From assembly GCA_950097015.1 (NCBI GenBank), contig CATNEN010000007.1, positions 10,044,001 to 10,108,000 on the forward strand: a stretch of DNA of 64,000 nt, given 5' to 3'. The DNA comes from Macrostomum hystrix (lineage: Eukaryota > Animalia > Platyhelminthes). The position numbers were made by a program, and so were the translations under genes. Below, one piece after another: positions 1 to 13,500 of this stretch; position 1 is the stretch's first letter; every line of letters begins with the position of its first letter. The notes beneath the pieces were generated by a model, which was given only the letters and a program-made list of their open reading frames with translations, searched no databases and had not been told where the DNA came from.

Positions 1-456
1 AAACCGTTTATTTTAAATATGTATATGTAAATAAATGATTTCTATCAGAAATAGATTCGGCTATTCAAATCCGAACGTGTGTGAATTTCTGTTTGCATTC
101 CAGCCAGAGCAATTAGTGTCAGGACAGTGAGCATTTGAGACCCTTTGTCTGCTCACACCAGGCATGGGCCGCCGGCTCAAATTTCACAAAATGTTTTCTT
201 CGATTTGTGATCATAAATTGTAGAAGTGGCATCAAGTTACCGATCTTATCATGTCATGGCAGTGCAGCAATTGGGAGCTTTGCAGCTGATCAATTAATCA
301 TATATTATGCGATATAATAGGAAGATAGAGTGAAAGAAACTGCACAACTAGCTGGTACGCTAGTAGCTATTACTGAAGGAGAGATAAACTTAACTCCATG
401 GTACAACTAACAGTGTTTTGTGACCCTACAAAGTGATATTTGAATCTCACAAAAAC

Positions 457-705
457 CCCAGCTCACTCACACAAACCCTGCAGCTCACTCACACAAACCC
501 TAGCTCACTCACACAAATCCCAGCTCACCCACACAAATCCCAGCTCACTCACACAAATCCTAGCTCACTCACACAAATCCTAGCTCACTCACACAAATCC
601 CAGCTCACTCACACAAATCCCAGCTCACTCAGACAAACCCCAGCTCACTCACATAAATCACGATTCACAACTCTCTCACACAAATCCCAGCTCACTCACA
701 CAAAT
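457..705. repeat. Minisatellite, ~20-bp unit (CCCAGCTCACTCACACAAAT)
   Basis: About 11 tandem copies visible; explains the repetitive ORF 433..810. Confidence 0.9.
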
Positions 706-1803
706 CCGCACTTTTATCAAGCTCGATTGACTATCTTGCTTCTGAATATTTTACTTAGCGTTGTGAGCTCTTTCGTGGATCGATATAAAAAAATGCTTTC
801 TTTAGCGTGAAATCCAGGGTCTTTTTACTCTTAAATGATTGATTGATCGCGCGTCGCTTCATTCGAGTGCATTGTGGTCGGCTGACCGCGAGACCGCGCT
901 GCAGACCCTCCAGTGTGGACCCGGACAGGTGCTTTTCCCCTCCAGAAACGTATCTTTTGAGGTCAGCGCTTAGTTGACTCGCGTGAGTCACTAAAGCGAC
1001 TACTTCCATTGCTGGCGCGGGCTCTCCAATGATCTTGGCAGAAGCAAAATCAATACTAGGGCTGGCAGCCAGGCAGCACTCGGAATTTCAGGCGGAGTTA
1101 AGCTGAACAAGCTGAAATATTTCTGGAACAGGCAAGCCAGGCAAACGGCAATTCTAGCCAATTATTCATTATATCCTATAAAATCCCTTCATAATGTTGC
1201 TTGCAAGCAATCGGACACAGCTCAGCCAAGCGCTCCCTATTAAGTAAATGATACAACATATTATGTGTAGAGTCGAATGAACAGTAGACACTAATGTATA
1301 TTTATGTTTTCAGAGGAGTCTGCAGATCCCCGAGGAGTAAGAAACAGTGTACTTATTCGCATGCACATCGCATCGTCACTAATTGTGCCGCTTCAGCCTC
1401 AGAGTAACTGGAGCCTTAAAAAATATCGATTAAACCAGTTCGCTGGACCTAAGCTGAGAAGAGCCGGCCAAAAAACAGGATTTTATTGCACGCAGCGCTG
1501 ACTCAGATCAGACGCACATGAGCCTCGCCCCTGTCCCCGCACACAAACGCGCACACCCGAGCGATCCTTGAGGCTACTTCCCACCTCCTTTCATTCTCCA
1601 CTTTCCGTCCGCCTCGAGGGGCTCAAAGCCTGCACAGCCGAGCCTTTCTCTATCCTCTAGCCATAAAAATCAATATGCAGGGGGGGCGGTAAGGCCAACC
1701 TCCCCACTCCGCTTATCGAGCCCCGTTTGATCATGCGTCTGAGTGTCTCACCCCCCAAACCCTCACCCCCACCCTCACCCCCAAATTCTAACTTCGCACT
1801 CGC

Positions 1804-1818
1804 GTTGTCTATGGCAAC
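1804..1818. promoter_or_regulatory. RFX X-box-like palindrome upstream of alpha-tubulin
   Basis: GTTGTC-TAT-GGCAAC is a close match to the X-box consensus GTNRCC-N(0-3)-RGYAAC, ~220 bp upstream of the ATG. Confidence 0.6.
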
Positions 1819-2040
1819 GCATGGGGTGGGTTGCAGTGGGAGGATGGGGTTGGCAAATATCGGTTCCAGTCCAAGCATAAGAGGACCGCTCTTCGCCCCG
1901 CCTAAAGCCTTCGTCTCGGCAGCTTCGCGTCTCGTTAGACTATAGCGCTCTGCTTCAAAGCTAATCTACAGCTAAAAAGCTCTTTTAAATCTTCTGTTAT
2001 TTCGATTCTTTGTTGAAGTCCGACTTCTCTCTGCCTAACA

Positions 2041-3528
<1,488 letters not shown>

Positions 3529-4012
3529 TACTGAAGGCTGACTTGATCAACCTAAAAACTCCATCGAACAGTTGTATTGATTATACTGTTAGAATATGTC
3601 AGCAAATTTCACCTGAGAAAATGCGTAACCATCTGCTGGCCCCGTTGGGCTGAGCTTCAACCTATATTGAAAACGAGCTCTTTTGATCGTACTTTTTAAT
3701 CTCCCTCCTAATCCAATTCCAGTTACTCAGCAATTATTCGCAATCGTATGACAAAAATCTATCGTCTGTTTATTAAAATACGCCACTCGAACCCACGCTT
3801 AATTTACGCAAAAATAACTCCTATCTAATCTGAACTCGAAAACAACAATAAACAATGAACAGACAGCAAGTGCAGGGTGCCGTTCTTCGACCTTGATCCA
3901 TCCTAGTGACTAATTATTGCTTGGATTCAGTTTCTTTTAATAAACTTATCTGAATCCTAAAGCATCATTCACACTTCCCTTTCCATCCTGATCCCAGGCT
4001 CTCCTTTAAATT

Positions 4013-4320
4013 CCGATCCCTAAGTCTCCACTTTCAATCCCGATCCCAAGTCTCCGTTTAAAATCCAACCCCCAGTCTTTCCTTTTAACCCCGATCCCCA
4101 GTCTTCCCATTTTAACCCCGATCCCCAGTCTTCCCATTTTAACCCCGATCCCCAGTCTTCCCATTTTAACACCGATCCCCAGTCTCCCGTTTTAACCACA
4201 ATCCCCAGTCTTCCCATTTTAACCCCGATCCCCAGTCTTCCCATTTTAACCCCGATCCCCAGTCTTCCCATTTTAACCCCGATCCCCAGTCTTCCCTCTT
4301 AACCCCGATCCCCAGTCTCC
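4013..4320. repeat. Minisatellite, 27-bp unit (CCCCGATCCCCAGTCTTCCCATTTTAA)
   Basis: Direct tandem copies. Confidence 0.9.
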
Positions 4321-4365
4321 ACTTGCACAGTTTCGAGTTTAAATCCGATCCACAGTCTGTACTCT

Positions 4366-4662
4366 GATACACGGGAGAGATAAGACATGGGAGAGATTAG
4401 ACACGGGAGAGATAAGACAGGGGAGAGATTAGACACAGGAGAGATTAGACACGGGAGAGATAAGACAGGGGAGTTATTAGACACGGAAGAGATAAGACAG
4501 GGGAGACATTAGACACGGGAGAGATTAGACACGGGAGAGATAAGACAGGGGAGAGATTAGACACGGGAGAGATGAGACACAGGAGAGATTAGACACGGGA
4601 GAGATTAGACACAGGAGAGATGAGACACAGGAGAGATAAGACACAGGAGAGATGAAACAGGA
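4366..4662. repeat. Minisatellite, ~16-17-bp unit (AGACACGGGAGAGATT)
   Basis: Direct tandem copies. Confidence 0.9.
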
Positions 4663-4685
4663 CACTGTAGATGTCAGAAGGGGCA

Positions 4686-4750
4686 ACGGGCCGGATTTGG
4701 GAGCTTCGAGGGCCGCTTCTGGCCCGCGGGCCGGAGTTTACCGACCCCTG
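4686..4750. mobile_element. Probable terminal fragment of a hAT (Charlie-like) MITE
   Basis: GGCCCGCGGGCCGGAGTTTACCGACCCCTG followed by GTCTATAC resembles a hAT-Charlie end and target site. No partner end found. Confidence 0.4.
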
Positions 4751-5865
4751 GTCTATACGTATAAATCATACTGTCATCAAATCAAACAGAATGCTGCTAA
4801 GTGAAACAAATGCGACACGAAGCGACTGACATTTCCAGCCAAACACCGGCTGACCCAAGCCCAACTGAGAGCAGACTTTAGAAGAGTTAAGTCCTGCTTT
4901 CTAAAAATGGTTTATATTTTCTATCGTCATAAAATAGATAGCAGTCCTAAATTCTCGGCATAGTGGCAAGGCAAGCCTGCCGCAACAGGGCCGTGATACT
5001 CGAGAATATTCGAGTCTAAAACACGGAGACGGCAAAAACTGTCTGCCGAAAACACAAAAACACGGGGGGTAACACAAGAAAGTGGGAGGACGATGGGAAA
5101 TATAGCGAACGAAAACTACTGCAGCTAAACCGAATATCAGCAGATGAATTGGAAATAGTAGCTAGGCCAAAACCAGCAGATGTATGGCGCTCTGACACAA
5201 GACGCTTACGGATAATAGCAAACAGAAGAGTGAGTGAACTGTGCGCGGTGCATTGTGGGGAAGATAAATTAAAATAATTGATAGTAAAGTGCAGCACGAA
5301 ACACTCGGGTCCCTAGCAGTCAGTCTCGCTCATCTCTACTCAGCGTAATGTTAAATTCCTATTTCAGCCGCGGACAGAGGAACTCGCTGCTTCATAGCTC
5401 AATTTCTGCGCCTCATGATTTGCTCAACACTGAAGACTTAAACCGAGTGAATTGTTTAGAATGAGCTGAGAAACAGCGAGTTAAACACACACACACAGAC
5501 GGTGGTGCCTGCCTGCTAGAGATGCAAAATAATTGAAAGGCAAACCAATAACAAAAGCTGTATGGCCTGCAGTCTGCCAAGACGCATTCGTGTGATCAGA
5601 GAGACGAACACTCGGTTAGAACAATCCTAGAATATTAGTTTAGAATCTCAGTGAATTCCTCAGGTGTCACGGTGGCAAGTTGTTCAGAGTTCAAACAGGG
5701 CCACTCATCAAGTCTGTAGCGGGCTCTGGTCAGTCTAATGCATTTATCTAGACTAACCGATTTCGAAGGCCTACTTGAAGTAGGCCTCGACTAGTGCATG
5801 GCGCGGCAGGCTTGATGAGTGGCCGTTGAGAATAGCTATATTAGCTATATTAGTCAAACAGCGCC

Positions 5866-8800
5866 CTAGTAGCTGCGACCGAACAGCGTGTAGTACTGCG
5901 GCTTGCGGCCGCACTCCGGATGGACGCACTTGGTGTCCGGCCCGATCTCGTCCGGCTGGTTGAACGGAATGCACAAGCTCTTGGCGCCCATGGCCGGGGC
6001 GCCCTCTTCTACTACAGCGTTGCGCGCGCTGTCCTTCTTGATGAGGTCCTCGCAGGCGGCGTCGCCACAGAAGGGGGCCAGGATGAGGTGCTGCTTGTCC
6101 AGGGCGGCGCACAGAGCGGGCAGATCCGGACAGACGGACAGGTGGGCGTCACGCTCAGCCTTGGCGCGGGCGAACATGTCGGTCTGGATTTTTTCCAGCA
6201 GGGACTGCAGACTGGCGGCCAGGCCATCCTCCGACAGGGTCTGCTTCTCGCCCGAGTAGCGGACAGATGCCACCACCTGCGGGGGTAGGGCGGGTGGCGT
6301 TCGTGATTTCACTTAGTCTGCCTCCCCTATGAGTCCCACACACTCCTAATGAGTCTCACCCACTCCTTATGAGTCTCACCCACTCCTTATGAGTCTCACC
6401 CACTCCTTATGAGTCTCACCCACTCCTTATGAGTCTCACCCACTCCTTATGAGTCTCACCCACTCCTTATGAGTCTCACCCACTCCTTATGAGTCTCAAC
6501 CACTCCTTATGAGTCTCACCCACTCCTTATGAGTCTCACCCACTCCTTATGAGTCTCACCCACTCCTTATACCCACTCCTTATGAGTCCCACCCACTCCT
6601 AATGAGTCTCACCCACTCCTTATGAGTCTCACCCACTCCTTATACCCACTCCTTATGAGTCTCACCCACTCCTTATGAGTCTCACCCACTCCTTATACCC
6701 ACTCCTTATGAGTCTCACCCACTCCTTATGAGTCCCACCCACTCCTAATGAGTCTCACCCACTCCTTATGAGTCTCACCCACTCCTTATGAGTCTCACCC
6801 ACTCCTTATGAGTCTCACCCACTCCTTATGAGTCTCACCCACTCCTCATGAGTCCAACCCACCCCTTATGAGTCTCACCCAACCCATATGAGTCGCAGCA
6901 TCCTATTATGAGTCGCTCCCAGTCCAGTTTTATAATTTCTTGAAATACTGCTCGGAACTCACCTGCTTAGCCGCAATATCCCTCGGTCCGACCTCGATCC
7001 TCACTGGCACGCCCTTCAGCTCCCAATGGTTGAACTTCCAGCCGGGCGAGTAGTGTTCTCGCAGGTCGGCGTGCACCCGCAGGCCGCAGGCGCGCAGCTC
7101 TGCAGCCAGGGAGTTGCACTTGTCCAGCAGCGTCTGCTTCTCCTCCTCGGTGGTGCGCACCGTGAGGCCGCAGGGCACCAGCACCAGCTGGTACTGGGCC
7201 AGCCTGGGAGGCAGCACCAGGCCCTTGTCATCTCCATGCACCATCACCATGACACCGACGGACCGGGTGGTGATGGCCCAGGAGTTCTGGTGCACGTGGC
7301 GCTTCTCGCCAGTAGCCGGATCCTCGAACAGGATGTTGAACATGCGGGAGAAGTTCTGGCCCAGGTGGTGGCTGGTGGCGCCCTGGATTGCGCGGCCGCT
7401 GGCGCTAATGTACACCTCCACGGTGGTGGTGTAGTCGCCGCCGGCGAATTTCTCTTTTTCAGTTTTGCGGCCCTTGATGACCGGGATGGCCATCAGGTTC
7501 TCGTAAATATACTCGTACATGGACAGGATCTCTAGCACCTGAGTTTGGGATAAAAGGCGATGCGCAAATCTTAACGATGTTTCGATTCTGTGCACACAAC
7601 ACTAGCCTTCGGAGGTCGGCCTGAAAGTCTGGAAGAGTGCAGTGGCTGATGCAGCCTGAAGGTCTGGGAGGGTGGCTGATGCTGCCTAGGAGTAGAAGGC
7701 TAGGGTGCAGCCTGAGAGTAGAAGGCTAGGGTGCAGCCTGGGGGTAGAAGGCTAGGGTGCAGCCTGAGAGTAGAAGGCTAGGGTGCAGCCTGAGAGTAGA
7801 AGGCTAGGGTGCAGCCTGAGAGTAGAAGGCTAGGGTGCAGCCTGAGAGTAGAAGGCTAGGGTGCAGCCTGAGAGTAGAAGGCTTGGGTGCAGCCTGAGAG
7901 TAGAAGGCTTGGGTGCAGCCTGAGAGTAGAAGGCTAGGGTGCAGCCTGAGAGTAGAAGGCTAGGGTGCAGCCTGAGAGTAGAAGGCTAGGGTGCAGCCAG
8001 GGGGCAGAAGGCTAGGGTGCAGCCAGGGGGCAGAAGGCTAGGGTGCAGCCTGGGGGTAGAAGGCTAGGGTGCAGCCTGGGGGTAGAAGGCTAGGGTACAG
8101 CCTGGGGTAGAAGGCTAGGGTGCAGCCTGGGGTAGAAGGCTAGGGTGCAGCCTGAGAGTAGAAGGCTAGGGTGCAGCCTGGGGGTAGAAGGCTAGGGTGC
8201 AGCCTGGGGTTAGAAGGCTAGGGTGCAGCCTGGGGTTAGAAGGCTAGGGTGCAGCCTGGGGTTAGAAGGCTAGGGTGCAGCCTGGGGTTAGAAGGCTAGG
8301 GTGCAGCCTGGGGTTAGAAGGCTAAGCTAGGCGCAGGAAAAGCAGCTTACCTCAACCTCGGCCTCCTCCCTCGTGGCAAAGGCGGTGTGGCCCTCGTGCC
8401 AGAGGAACTCCCTGGTGCGCAGGAACGGCTGTGGGTGTTTGAACTCCCAGCGGACCACATTATTCCACTGGTTCACCTTGAGCGGCAGGTCTCGGTAGCT
8501 CTTGATCCACTTGGCGAAGGAGGGGTACATGACGGTCTCGGAGGTGGGCCGGATGGCGATGGGCTCAGCCAGGTCGGAGCGGCCGCTGCGCGTCACCCAG
8601 GCGACCTCGGGGGCGAAGTCGGCGATGTGGGTCTTCTCCTTTTCCAGCGCTGCATTGGACACGAACATGGGGAAGTAGACATTCTGCACTCCCATGCCCT
8701 TGATGCGGTCGTCAACGTAACGCTGGACCATCTCCCAGATGGAGTAGGCCCAGGGGCGCAGGATGTAGCAGCCAGAGATGTCGTAATACTCGATGAGCTC

Positions 8801-9330
8801 CGACTTTGTGATTACCTGAGGAAAACGATGGTATTTGGGGCATCGAATTCCCATGGAGATGAAATCTGAGGATTTGGGGAGTGCTGATTTTGCGATCTGG
8901 GTGATTGCCTTACTGTGGGATTTATGACCCGACTATTGGCGACACAGGCCTTTAAAATACACTGCTCAGCTGCATTGCTCAGCACACCAAAATATGCCAG
9001 GCTCACCTGTGAGTACCAGTCGGAAAAGTTGTCCGCCTTGGCGACCTCCATGCCCAGCCGTGTCTGATGCCGCCGGCCGGCCTCGTCCTGGTCATCGGCG
9101 CCAGCCTCTGCCGCTGCCGCCGGTGTGGGCTTAGCCGGCTTTGCCCCGCCGGCCTTCTTTTCGGGCCGGCCGCCAGCCAGGTCCACCCCCGTCAGGTCTT
9201 TGTAGCGCTTCTTCAGCTCCTTCAGGTTGGAGACTTCGGCGTCCACGACCGCTTTCTCAGCGCCACCGGACTTCAGCCCGCGGATCTTATCGCCCAGCTG
9301 ATCGATTTCACTCTTCAATGCGTCGGCCAT
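5866..9330 (-). CDS. PARS: Stand-alone cytosolic prolyl-tRNA synthetase with one N-terminal WHEP domain; complement(join(5866..6276,6963..7538,8351..8815,9007..9330)), 591 aa
   Basis: [48 protein letters not shown] is a WHEP domain. Also [19 protein letters not shown], motif 2 [32 protein letters not shown] and C-terminal LFGRSY. All introns are GT-AG, phase 0. An in-frame TAA lies two codons before the ATG. Confidence 0.95.
6325..6895. repeat. Intronic minisatellite, 20-bp unit (CACTCCTTATGAGTCTCACC)
   Basis: Tandem copies inside the last ProRS intron. Confidence 0.95.
7686..8325. repeat. Intronic minisatellite, ~25-bp unit (GAGAGTAGAAGGCTAGGGTGCAGCCT)
   Basis: Tandem copies inside ProRS intron 2. 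Confidence 0.95.
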
Positions 9331-9467
9331 TGCTTAAGAAATATCTGCTTCGCTGCGGGCCAGAATCCCAAAATCAGCGCGTCAGAGCTCTTGGCACCAG
9401 AAACCCACGGCTACTTAAACTTATCAGGGTTATAAACCTGATAGACCCAGGAATCTAATGTCGTTTT

Positions 9468-9970
9468 CTCAATAAACCCAGGAATACCACAAGCTTAATA
9501 AACCCAGGAATACCCTAAGCTCAATTAACCCAGGAATACCACAAGCTCAATAAACCCAGGAATACCACAAGCTCAATAAACCCAGGAATACCACCCGCTC
9601 AATAAACCCAGGAATACCACCAGTTCAATAAACCCAGGAATACCACCAGTTCAATAAACCCAGGAATACCACCAGTTCAATAAACCCAGGAATACCACCA
9701 GCTCAATAAACCCAGGAATACCACCAGCTCAATAAACCCTGGAATACCACCAGCTCAATAAACCCAGGAATACCACCAGCTCAATAAACCCAGGAATACC
9801 ACAAGCTCAATAAACCCAGGAATACCACCAGCTCAATAAACCCTGGAATACCACCAGCTCAATAAATCCAGGAATACCACAAGCTCAATAAACCCAGGAA
9901 TACCACCAGCTCAATAAACCCAGGAATACCACAAGCTCAATAAACCCAGGAATACCACAAGCTCAATAAA
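9468..9970. repeat. Minisatellite, 26-bp unit (GCTCAATAAACCCAGGAATACCACCA) between GluRS and ProRS
   Basis: About 19 tandem copies, nearly all containing AATAAA on the + strand. Confidence 0.95.
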
Positions 9971-10586
9971 CTATTAAAACTGTAAACTTATAAAGCAAAT
10001 AAAAGAAGCAAAGGAATTGCATTTAGAACAGGAAAAACTGGTTCCCAAAAACAAGAGCTGAGGGCAGCAGCGCATAATTGTTGCATCATTCGCAACTCAA
10101 TCCTTGGCTCTGTCTTTAAATAAATATCAAGACAGCTTGCTGCAGGTAAAATATGGGATAATGAGTAGCGAAGGGACCACAAACAGCTAAAAGGTACATA
10201 CTAGCTATAAAACTAGAATAAATACAATTTTAGCATTTCAATAACAGTTAAATCCACTCTCTATATATAGTTAAATACATAACCAAGATAGTACTAGATG
10301 TATTAATGCTATAGGGAAACACACAAGCACACACAGCAAGAAGGACTTAGTGATGGCAAAGGTTACAACCGCAGGACCAGTGAAGTTTAGTTAAAATTCG
10401 TTTTCTTCATTCAAAGCTAGGATAAACCAAGTGTTTATGACATGTCATGCAGTCCACAGTGTTGCTATCGGCTTAAAAACTGAAAACTGAAAAAGGTTTC
10501 ATTAATTTAGTCGATTAGTGAAAGCCGGTAGCAATACGCCCAAAGACGCACGCCCGAAGCCCATCTGTCAGGCCCCCATGCCGCCT

Positions 10587-13500
10587 TTATTCCAGGGCCT
10601 TCAGCATGTCCGGCTTGTAGGCCTGGCCAGTGGCCTGCTTGAACTGCTCCTTGGCCTGCATGAGCACTCCCAGAGCTGACTGCAGATCCGCCTTGCTGGC
10701 GCCGGCGTCCTTCATTGAGCGCACCTTGTCTCCAGCCTCTTTGATGAGGCGCAGCTGCTCCAGGCCCGATACAGCAGGGGCCTGCTGCTGCTGCTCCAGC
10801 TGCTTGAGCAGTTCTGGCTTATGCTCCAGGCCACTCTTGTCTTTAAACTCGGACTTTAGCGCCAGCAGCTGGTTGATGGCAGTTTTCACAGCGGCCTGAA
10901 CAGAGAAGACAAGTTTGTTAGCAGCGAGTCAAAGAGTCAGAGCCGATTTCTCCTTGAAGACTGGGATTAACTAAGACATGGAGGCAGTTGTCTGAAGACT
11001 GGGGATAGCTGAGGGAGATGGCGGCAGTTGTCTGAAGACTGGGGATAGCTGAGGGAGATGGCGGCAGTTGTCTGAAGACTGGGGATAGCTGAGGGAGATG
11101 GCGGCAGTTGTTTTCCGCGTCAGACCTGGATAGTAATTTAGACAGCGACACTGAGAAATCGACATCAGGTAGTTCGACAGATTTTTAACGACTGTCATCA
11201 TCAGTGCGACAGTGAGTCATCATTGTCTGACGAGACTGCTTAATAAAGTACATTGGACAGGACCTTAATAAAGGGTCCTAATGCTTAAAATCTAAACAAT
11301 GGACACCCAGCAGCTCAGAAAAAAATTAGAGTGCACACAGATTTTGACATCAGCGAACTAGTTTGAAGTCAGGGCGACTGTGTATTCATCACTGCAACTG
11401 AAGTCCAACTGCGAGCGTCCCATTGCCCTTCCCTCTTCTCAAATTCCTCTGAAGGTTACGGATCAGAAAAAAATTAGAGTGCACACAGATGACTTGCATC
11501 ACGGAATATTGCTAAGTCTCAGTGCGACTGTGAATTCATCATCTCTGGCCTTCATTGGGATAATTCCCAGACCCCGCAATCAACAAACCTGGTCTGCCTT
11601 CTTGGCCTTCAGATCCCTGACCAGGTCGCCCTGGGCTGCGATCTTCTCCAGCAGCGGCTTGAACTGCTGCATCCCGGAGCTCGCGGATGGCGCTGCGGCA
11701 GCTGGAGCTGCAGAATGGGGAGAGGTGGTCGCATTTGCTGCAGTCGCGGAGGCCTCAGCCTTCGTCAGCAGGTCGGCCTTCCAGTCCTGGCCAGATTCTT
11801 TCTTGAACTCTGCCTTCAGCTGCAGCAGCTGGTCAACGGCTGATTTCAAAGCGGCCTGAAAAATTCGAATCGCATTAATTGAAACTTATAAGTTTTTCAC
11901 AAAATAGGATATATTTTGAGATGGAAATTGAACCTAATACCCGACCTATGCAAATAAATAACGCGCTTACATGGCTTAGTCATCGAGTCAGAAAAAAATT
12001 AGAGTGCACACAGATGACTTGCATCACAGAATATTGCTAAGTCTCAGTGCGACAGTGAATTCATCATTTGAGACCAATTTATTGAATGCCTACGACTCGC
12101 ACACGACGTCCCGAGTTCGAATTCTTAACAAGCCCATATTAACCTTCGACTCGGTTGCAGAGATAAAGCTTAAGACCTCCGGTGCAAATGAAAGTCACTG
12201 TACTTCCACATTTCATGTGATAAACTAACCTGATCCGCCTTCTTGGCCTTCAGATCCCTGACCAGGTCGCCCTGGGCTGCGATCTTCTCGAGCAGCGGCT
12301 TGAACTGCTGCAGCCCGGAGCTCGCAGATGGCGCTGCAGCTGCGGGCGCTGCGGTTGCAGCTGCTGCAGGTGCGGAGGCTTTGGCCTTCTGCAATAATTC
12401 GGCCTTCCAGTCCTGGCCGGAGACTTTCTTGAACTCTGTCTTCAGCAGCAGCAGCTGGTCCACCGCTGACTTCACAGCGGCCTGAGGATCATGGTGGCAA
12501 TATATGCGCGAATTGTGACAAGTACTTGGCTAGTCTAAATGCAACTTGGCAATTTCTTTAATGAATTTGGTCGAACCCAATGCCGCCCTGACTCCCCACT
12601 AGATATCGTCACAATGACGTCTCAGGATCATTGCGTCAGAAAAAATGAGAGTGCACACAGAGATGACTCGCATCAAGGAAAACTGCAAAGCCTCAGTGCT
12701 ATAGCAAACTCATCACCAAAGACCAAACCATAACTACTCAAAGAAGGATCTATAGTTCCTACCCTTGTGACTGGTCACAAATCTCAATCGTTCACAGCGC
12801 TTAATATACAGATGCCTAAAATCTTAGCGATGGACACCCAGCGGCTCAGAAAAAAATTAGAGTGCAGACACATTTTGACATCAGCGAACTAAGTTAGAGT
12901 CAGTGCGACTGTGTATTCATCATAGCCACTGGAGTCCAACTGCCAGATGGACTGACAACACGTAAGCGCGGGGCGTAACCGGCTGCGGCATTTTTGAAAG
13001 GCGCCTTGGGTTCACTATGGGAAACATACGATAATTATGCAATACTATATTCAATACACTATTTTTATTATCAGCTATGATTTTTTTATCAGACATTCTC
13101 TCATTTTCCATTCTAATCGCTTCATAGGCCACGGATCAGAAAAAAATTAGAGTGCACACAGATGACTTGCATCACGGAATATTGCTAAGTCTCAGTGCGA
13201 CTGTGAATTCATCATCTCTGGCCTTCATTGGGATAACTCTGAGACACCGCGATTAACAAACCTGGTCCGCCTTCTTGGCCTTCAGATCCCTGACCAGGTC
13301 GCCCTGGGCTGCGATCTTCTCCAGCAGCGGCTTGAACTGCTGCATCCCAGAGCTCGCGGATGGCGCTGCAGCTTCTGGAGCTGCGCGCGCTGGAGCTGCA
13401 GGTGCGGGAGTTTTGCTCCCAGCCGCTGCAGGTGCGGAGGCCTCGGCCTTCTTTAGCAGTTCAGCCTTCCAGTCCTGGCCGGAGAGAGTTTTGAAGTCGG

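Noticed and set aside
9331-10586. Treating the GluRS-ProRS spacer as an ordinary intron of a fused EPRS
   Set aside because: No convincing donor before the TAA at 10587, and acceptors upstream of the ProRS ATG are either out of phase or include an in-frame TAA.
11315-13215. Interspaced ~80-bp repeats as a CRISPR-like array or MITE family
   Set aside because: Eukaryotic intron context, irregular spacing, no cas genes, no TIR or TSD. The C/D boxes and rRNA complementarity explain them better.
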